From IMG/VR virus record IMGVR_UViG_3300033475_001387: DNA of 64,000 nucleotides. The stretch is one strand, 5' to 3'. Positions within the stretch are counted from its first letter, which is position 1. Every line of letters starts with the position of its first letter. Under the pieces are notes generated by a model. The model was not told the origin of the DNA, did not search any database, and worked only from the letters and a program-made list of their open reading frames with translations. The DNA comes from a virus. This document shows positions 62,661-64,000 of the stretch, piece by piece. The position numbers and the translations under genes are program-made.

Positions 62661-62814
62661 CTCATCGTCCCGTGCACGGCTGTGGGGAAGCCGCCGTGCA
62701 CGGGATTCGACTCCCGCGGCGGTGTCGAGGGTCGCCGTCGCGGGAACGGCCCCGGCCGGCCCGAGCGCTCCACCGCCACGGCCGGGGCCCCCTCAGATCC
62801 GCCGGGAGGTCGCC

Positions 62815-63108
62815 GTGACGGTCACCGGCCACGACCCGCACGCGGACGGCGACACGTTCCTCGACGATAGTCACGCCTACCGTTTCTGGTACCGCACCGA
62901 CTCACCACGCCCGGCCGGGCTGATCGAGTCGCACCGGCTCCCCGACGGCCGCTGGTGCTCCGGATCGGTCGCGTTCAAGGGCAGCGGCGACGGCGCACCC
63001 GAATGGACCGTCATCCTCGAAGACCCGCTCACCCTCAGCTCCTCGATCCTGTGCCGGAGTTGCGGCAGCCACGGCTACATCGAGGGCGGCCGGTGGCGCC
63101 CCGCGTGA
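62815..63108 (+). CDS. DUF6527-like protein
   Basis: PLTLSSSILCRSCGSHGYIEGGRW. Confidence 0.65.
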   Translation: MTVTGHDPHADGDTFLDDSHAYRFWYRTDSPRPAGLIESHRLPDGRWCSGSVAFKGSGDGAPEWTVILEDPLTLSSSILCRSCGSHGYIEGGRWRPA

Positions 63109-63350
63109 CTACCGCACCTGCCAAGCCACTGCCGCGCGTCGAGCGTGACTCGGACGACAACCACCCCGTGTTCTTCCACGCCTGCACCGGACTCCACGCC
63201 GGCTGGGAAGACATCGGCGGCAAACTCCCGCTCGGCGCCGACGGCTGGCAATGGCGGCCCGACGGATCTCTCACCCCGTCGATCCGCTGCCTCGAGTGCG
63301 GCACGCACGGGTTCTGGGACGGCCCCGCCAAGGGCTGGCGCGAAGTCTGA
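63105..63350 (+). CDS. DUF6527-like protein (paralog)
   Basis: SLTPSIRCLECGTHGFWDG; GTGA coupling. Confidence 0.65.
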   Translation: MTTAPAKPLPRVERDSDDNHPVFFHACTGLHAGWEDIGGKLPLGADGWQWRPDGSLTPSIRCLECGTHGFWDGPAKGWREV

Positions 63351-63470
63351 CCGCCTGTCATGCCGAGCCGCCCTCGTTTCACCCTCTAGACCTCACCGGA
63401 GCACCAGATCAGCACCGCCCTGCTCGAGCGCACCCACCGCGCGCAGTCCGCAACCATCCGGGACGAGACC

Positions 63471-63668
63471 GTGACCCGCTACCGGCTCCCGCGCCCCGGT
63501 GACCTGCTCACCGTCCGCTCATCCGACCCGCACCTCGACGAGGTCAGCGTCCAGATCCACACCGTCGCAGACAACGGCGGCTACCTCTTCCTCGCCGGCA
63601 CATGGGGCGAACACGACCTCGAAGTCGTGCTGCGCCGCACCGGCGGCCCGAACCCTCCGGAGGCATGA
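63471..63668 (+). CDS. Hypothetical protein
   Basis: 65 aa, coupled to next gene. Confidence 0.5.
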   Translation: MTRYRLPRPGDLLTVRSSDPHLDEVSVQIHTVADNGGYLFLAGTWGEHDLEVVLRRTGGPNPPEA

Positions 63669-63669
63669 C

Positions 63670-64000
63670 ATGTCCCTGCTCACCCCCGCACTCGACGAAC
63701 TGCACACCCTCATCTCCCACCTCGAGGAGCAGGAGCACGCGCTCGCCGAGAAGTTCCGCGCCGCCTTCGACAAGCTGAAGGCGGCCGCGCCCGAGGTCGA
63801 GCACTCCGCCGCCGCGGACGCCGCGAACATCGTCGGCGACGCCGAGGCCGCGGCCGCCCCGGTGGTCGCCGAGGCCGAGAAGGACGCCGGCGAGGTCGCC
63901 GAGCAGGCCAAGACCGACGCCGAGCAGGTCACCGGCGCCCCGGCCACGCCGACCGAGGCGCCAGCCAGCGAGGCGCTGGCGGCCGACACCTCCAAGGGCG
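63670..64000 (+). CDS. Ala/Glu-rich protein, 3'-truncated by window
   Basis: GGAGG RBS, MSLLTPALDELH, frame open to window end. Confidence 0.6.
   Translation, partial: MSLLTPALDELHTLISHLEEQEHALAEKFRAAFDKLKAAAPEVEHSAAADAANIVGDAEAAAAPVVAEAEKDAGEVAEQAKTDAEQVTGAPATPTEAPASEALAADTSKG

Larger units (their letters stand above)
1..64000. mobile_element. Actinomycete prophage / phage-plasmid region (partial; structural genes and integrase not in window)
   Basis: Dense small ORFs with ATGA/TGATG overlaps, phage-type initiator-loader-DnaB, RusA-like, methyltransferases, WhiB, Ku, HNH, tRNA cluster; no housekeeping operons. Confidence 0.85.

Noticed and set aside
62669-62722. Sixth tRNA (GATTCGACTCCC T-loop-like sequence)
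   Set aside because: No D arm or consistent cloverleaf; dominated by a CCCGTGCACGGC/GCCGTGCACGGG hairpin; at most a fragment

Overview
High-GC actinomycete mobile DNA, most consistent with the non-structural part of a large temperate phage or phage-plasmid hybrid. No capsid, terminase, integrase, rRNA or CRISPR is visible in the window, so phage identity is inferred from gene content. Three blocks: (1) 1-24.6 kb, + strand, tightly coupled phage replication/modification arm (RusA-like resolvase, C5 and N4/N6 DNA methyltransferases, initiator with internal 12-bp iterons, IstB/DnaC-like loader, DnaB, WhiB fusion). It ends in a tandem array of four Y-RNA-like genes, two with circularly permuted tRNA domains, followed by a Ro60/TROVE gene and a cold-shock gene. 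(2) 24.6-47.3 kb, mostly - strand accessory block: XRE/flavoprotein/anti-sigma-type ATPase cluster, Ku, HNH, DEDDh exonuclease fusion, a lower-GC two-gene island, a second DnaB, an RlaP-type nucleotidyltransferase plus Pnkp-like HAD phosphatase, a DprA+PRTase (ShosTA-like) pair, and a second initiator-like gene with its own repeat array. (3) 47.5-64 kb, + strand: TA-like pair, pSAM2/AICE-like transfer module (GntR/KorSA-like, Xis-like HTH, Nudix/Pif-like, DUF2637/Spd-like gene carrying 12 co-oriented CCGACAC repeats as a candidate clt, TraB/FtsK translocase), then phage late-regulator-like genes and a cluster of five partly atypical tRNAs. Best leads: the Y-RNA array with Ro60 as part of a distributed RNA-protection toolkit, and a conjugative TraB/clt module nested between phage replication and late-control genes. 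Family assignments come from motif recognition by eye, not database searches.
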